Below, piece by piece: positions 63,057 to 64,000 of a stretch of 64,000 nt of DNA. The stretch spans positions 18,910,001-18,974,000 of the forward strand of contig NC_043010.1 in NCBI RefSeq assembly GCF_006345805.1, read 5' to 3'. Each line of letters opens with the position of its first letter. Position 1 is the first letter of the stretch. The DNA comes from Octopus sinensis. Lineage: Eukaryota. The notes beneath the pieces were generated by a model that was not told the origin of the DNA, ran no database searches, and saw only the letters and a list, made by a program, of their open reading frames with translations. The position numbers and the translations under genes were made by a program.

Positions 63057-63263
63057 CATCATCATCATCGTTTAACGCCTGCTTTCCATGCTAGCATGGG
63101 TTGGACGATTTTGACTGAGGGCTGGTGAACCAGCTGGCTGCACCAGGCTCCAATCTTGATCTGGCAGAGTTTCTACAGCTGGATGCCCTTCCTAACACCA
63201 ACCACTCCGAGAGTGTAGTGGGAGCTTTTTAAGTGCCACCGGCACGGGGCCAGTCAGGCGGTA
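63057..63263 (-). mobile_element. RTE tail insertion
   Basis: Family motifs, 5' end abuts (TA)n. Confidence 0.85.
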
Positions 63264-63518
63264 TATATATATATATATATGTATGTATATGTATGTATGC
63301 ATATAATCTGCATATCATACTTAATGGGAATACATCCTGGAAACTCTAATTAACTGCAGTCTCGTCCAGAAATGATATAACTTTTGGCTGTTCTGTATTG
63401 AATAACAAAAATACATGAGTAGCAAATGAACATCAACCAGCATCCATCTTGTTATGATCTACAAGTGGAGGCACAGTCCACCTTTCATATTGTCATCCTA
63501 ATCACCAGCGTCAGATCC

Positions 63519-63660
63519 CAGGCAAGCTGGACCTCAGGCAAGCTGGACCCCAGGCAAGCTGGACCTCAGGCAAGTTGGACCCCAGGCAATCTGGACCTCA
63601 GGCAAGCTGGACCTCAGGCAACCTGGACCTCAGGCAAGCTGGACCTCAGGCAAGCTGAAC
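63519..63660. repeat. 16-bp minisatellite CAGGCAAGCTGGACCT, about 9 copies
   Basis: Direct reading. Confidence 0.95.
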
Positions 63661-64000
63661 TTTGGTGTGTACAAGCTGACAGTCATGGAAATTGCCTTGT
63701 TTTTGTCATGCCCTCCTAGCACATGGTGCCCCGGGTGACTGCCCGAGGTGCCAGTACCTTGAGCCAGCCTTGCTAATCATTCTGTCTTGCTTATTTCTTC
63801 CTTTTTCCTTCGGTTCATCTTAAACAGTCACCTCGTTGTCTCCTACTCACACCACTGACCATTCTTAACTCTCTTTACAACATTCTTTGATTTCTTCTTT
63901 GATTTCTTCCTCTTCTTTTTCTATCTGATGCCAGGAAAGACAACAACCACAACAACAACAGCAACAACAACAGAAACCACCTTATTAAATATTTTTATTT

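Overview
AT-rich, repeat-saturated eukaryotic DNA. The SINE/RTE repertoire, the (TA)n/(ATG)n density and a mollusc-type 5S sequence suggest a cephalopod, probably Octopus (inference). There is no recognisable conserved host gene, only a few candidate minus-strand exons of an unidentified spliced transcript. Mobile elements dominate. An intact Gypsy/Ty3 LTR element lies at 18914-24790 with 585-bp LTRs identical by eye, a TAAG TSD, a tRNA-Trp PBS, and gag/pol joined by a -1 frameshift signal. A near-intact RTE LINE lies at 54225-58067 (minus) with one frameshift and a structured dimeric minisatellite in its 3'UTR, plus many truncated relatives. Also present: CR1 and Tx1 LINE ends, mariner, Chapaev-like and Helitron remnants, several MITE families, at least four SINE families and a 5S rRNA fragment with an RTE-like (GAT)n tail. 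The most striking unexplained layer is a set of short non-coding units embedded in (TA)n tracts that carry type I hammerhead-ribozyme motifs from several unrelated families (best at 60952-61035, 60003-60119, 10885-10970, 45579-45626, 51990-52041), often as inverted pairs. They resemble Penelope-like pLTRs or non-autonomous retrozymes, but no intact Penelope ORF is present in the window. All identity estimates and structures were made by eye.
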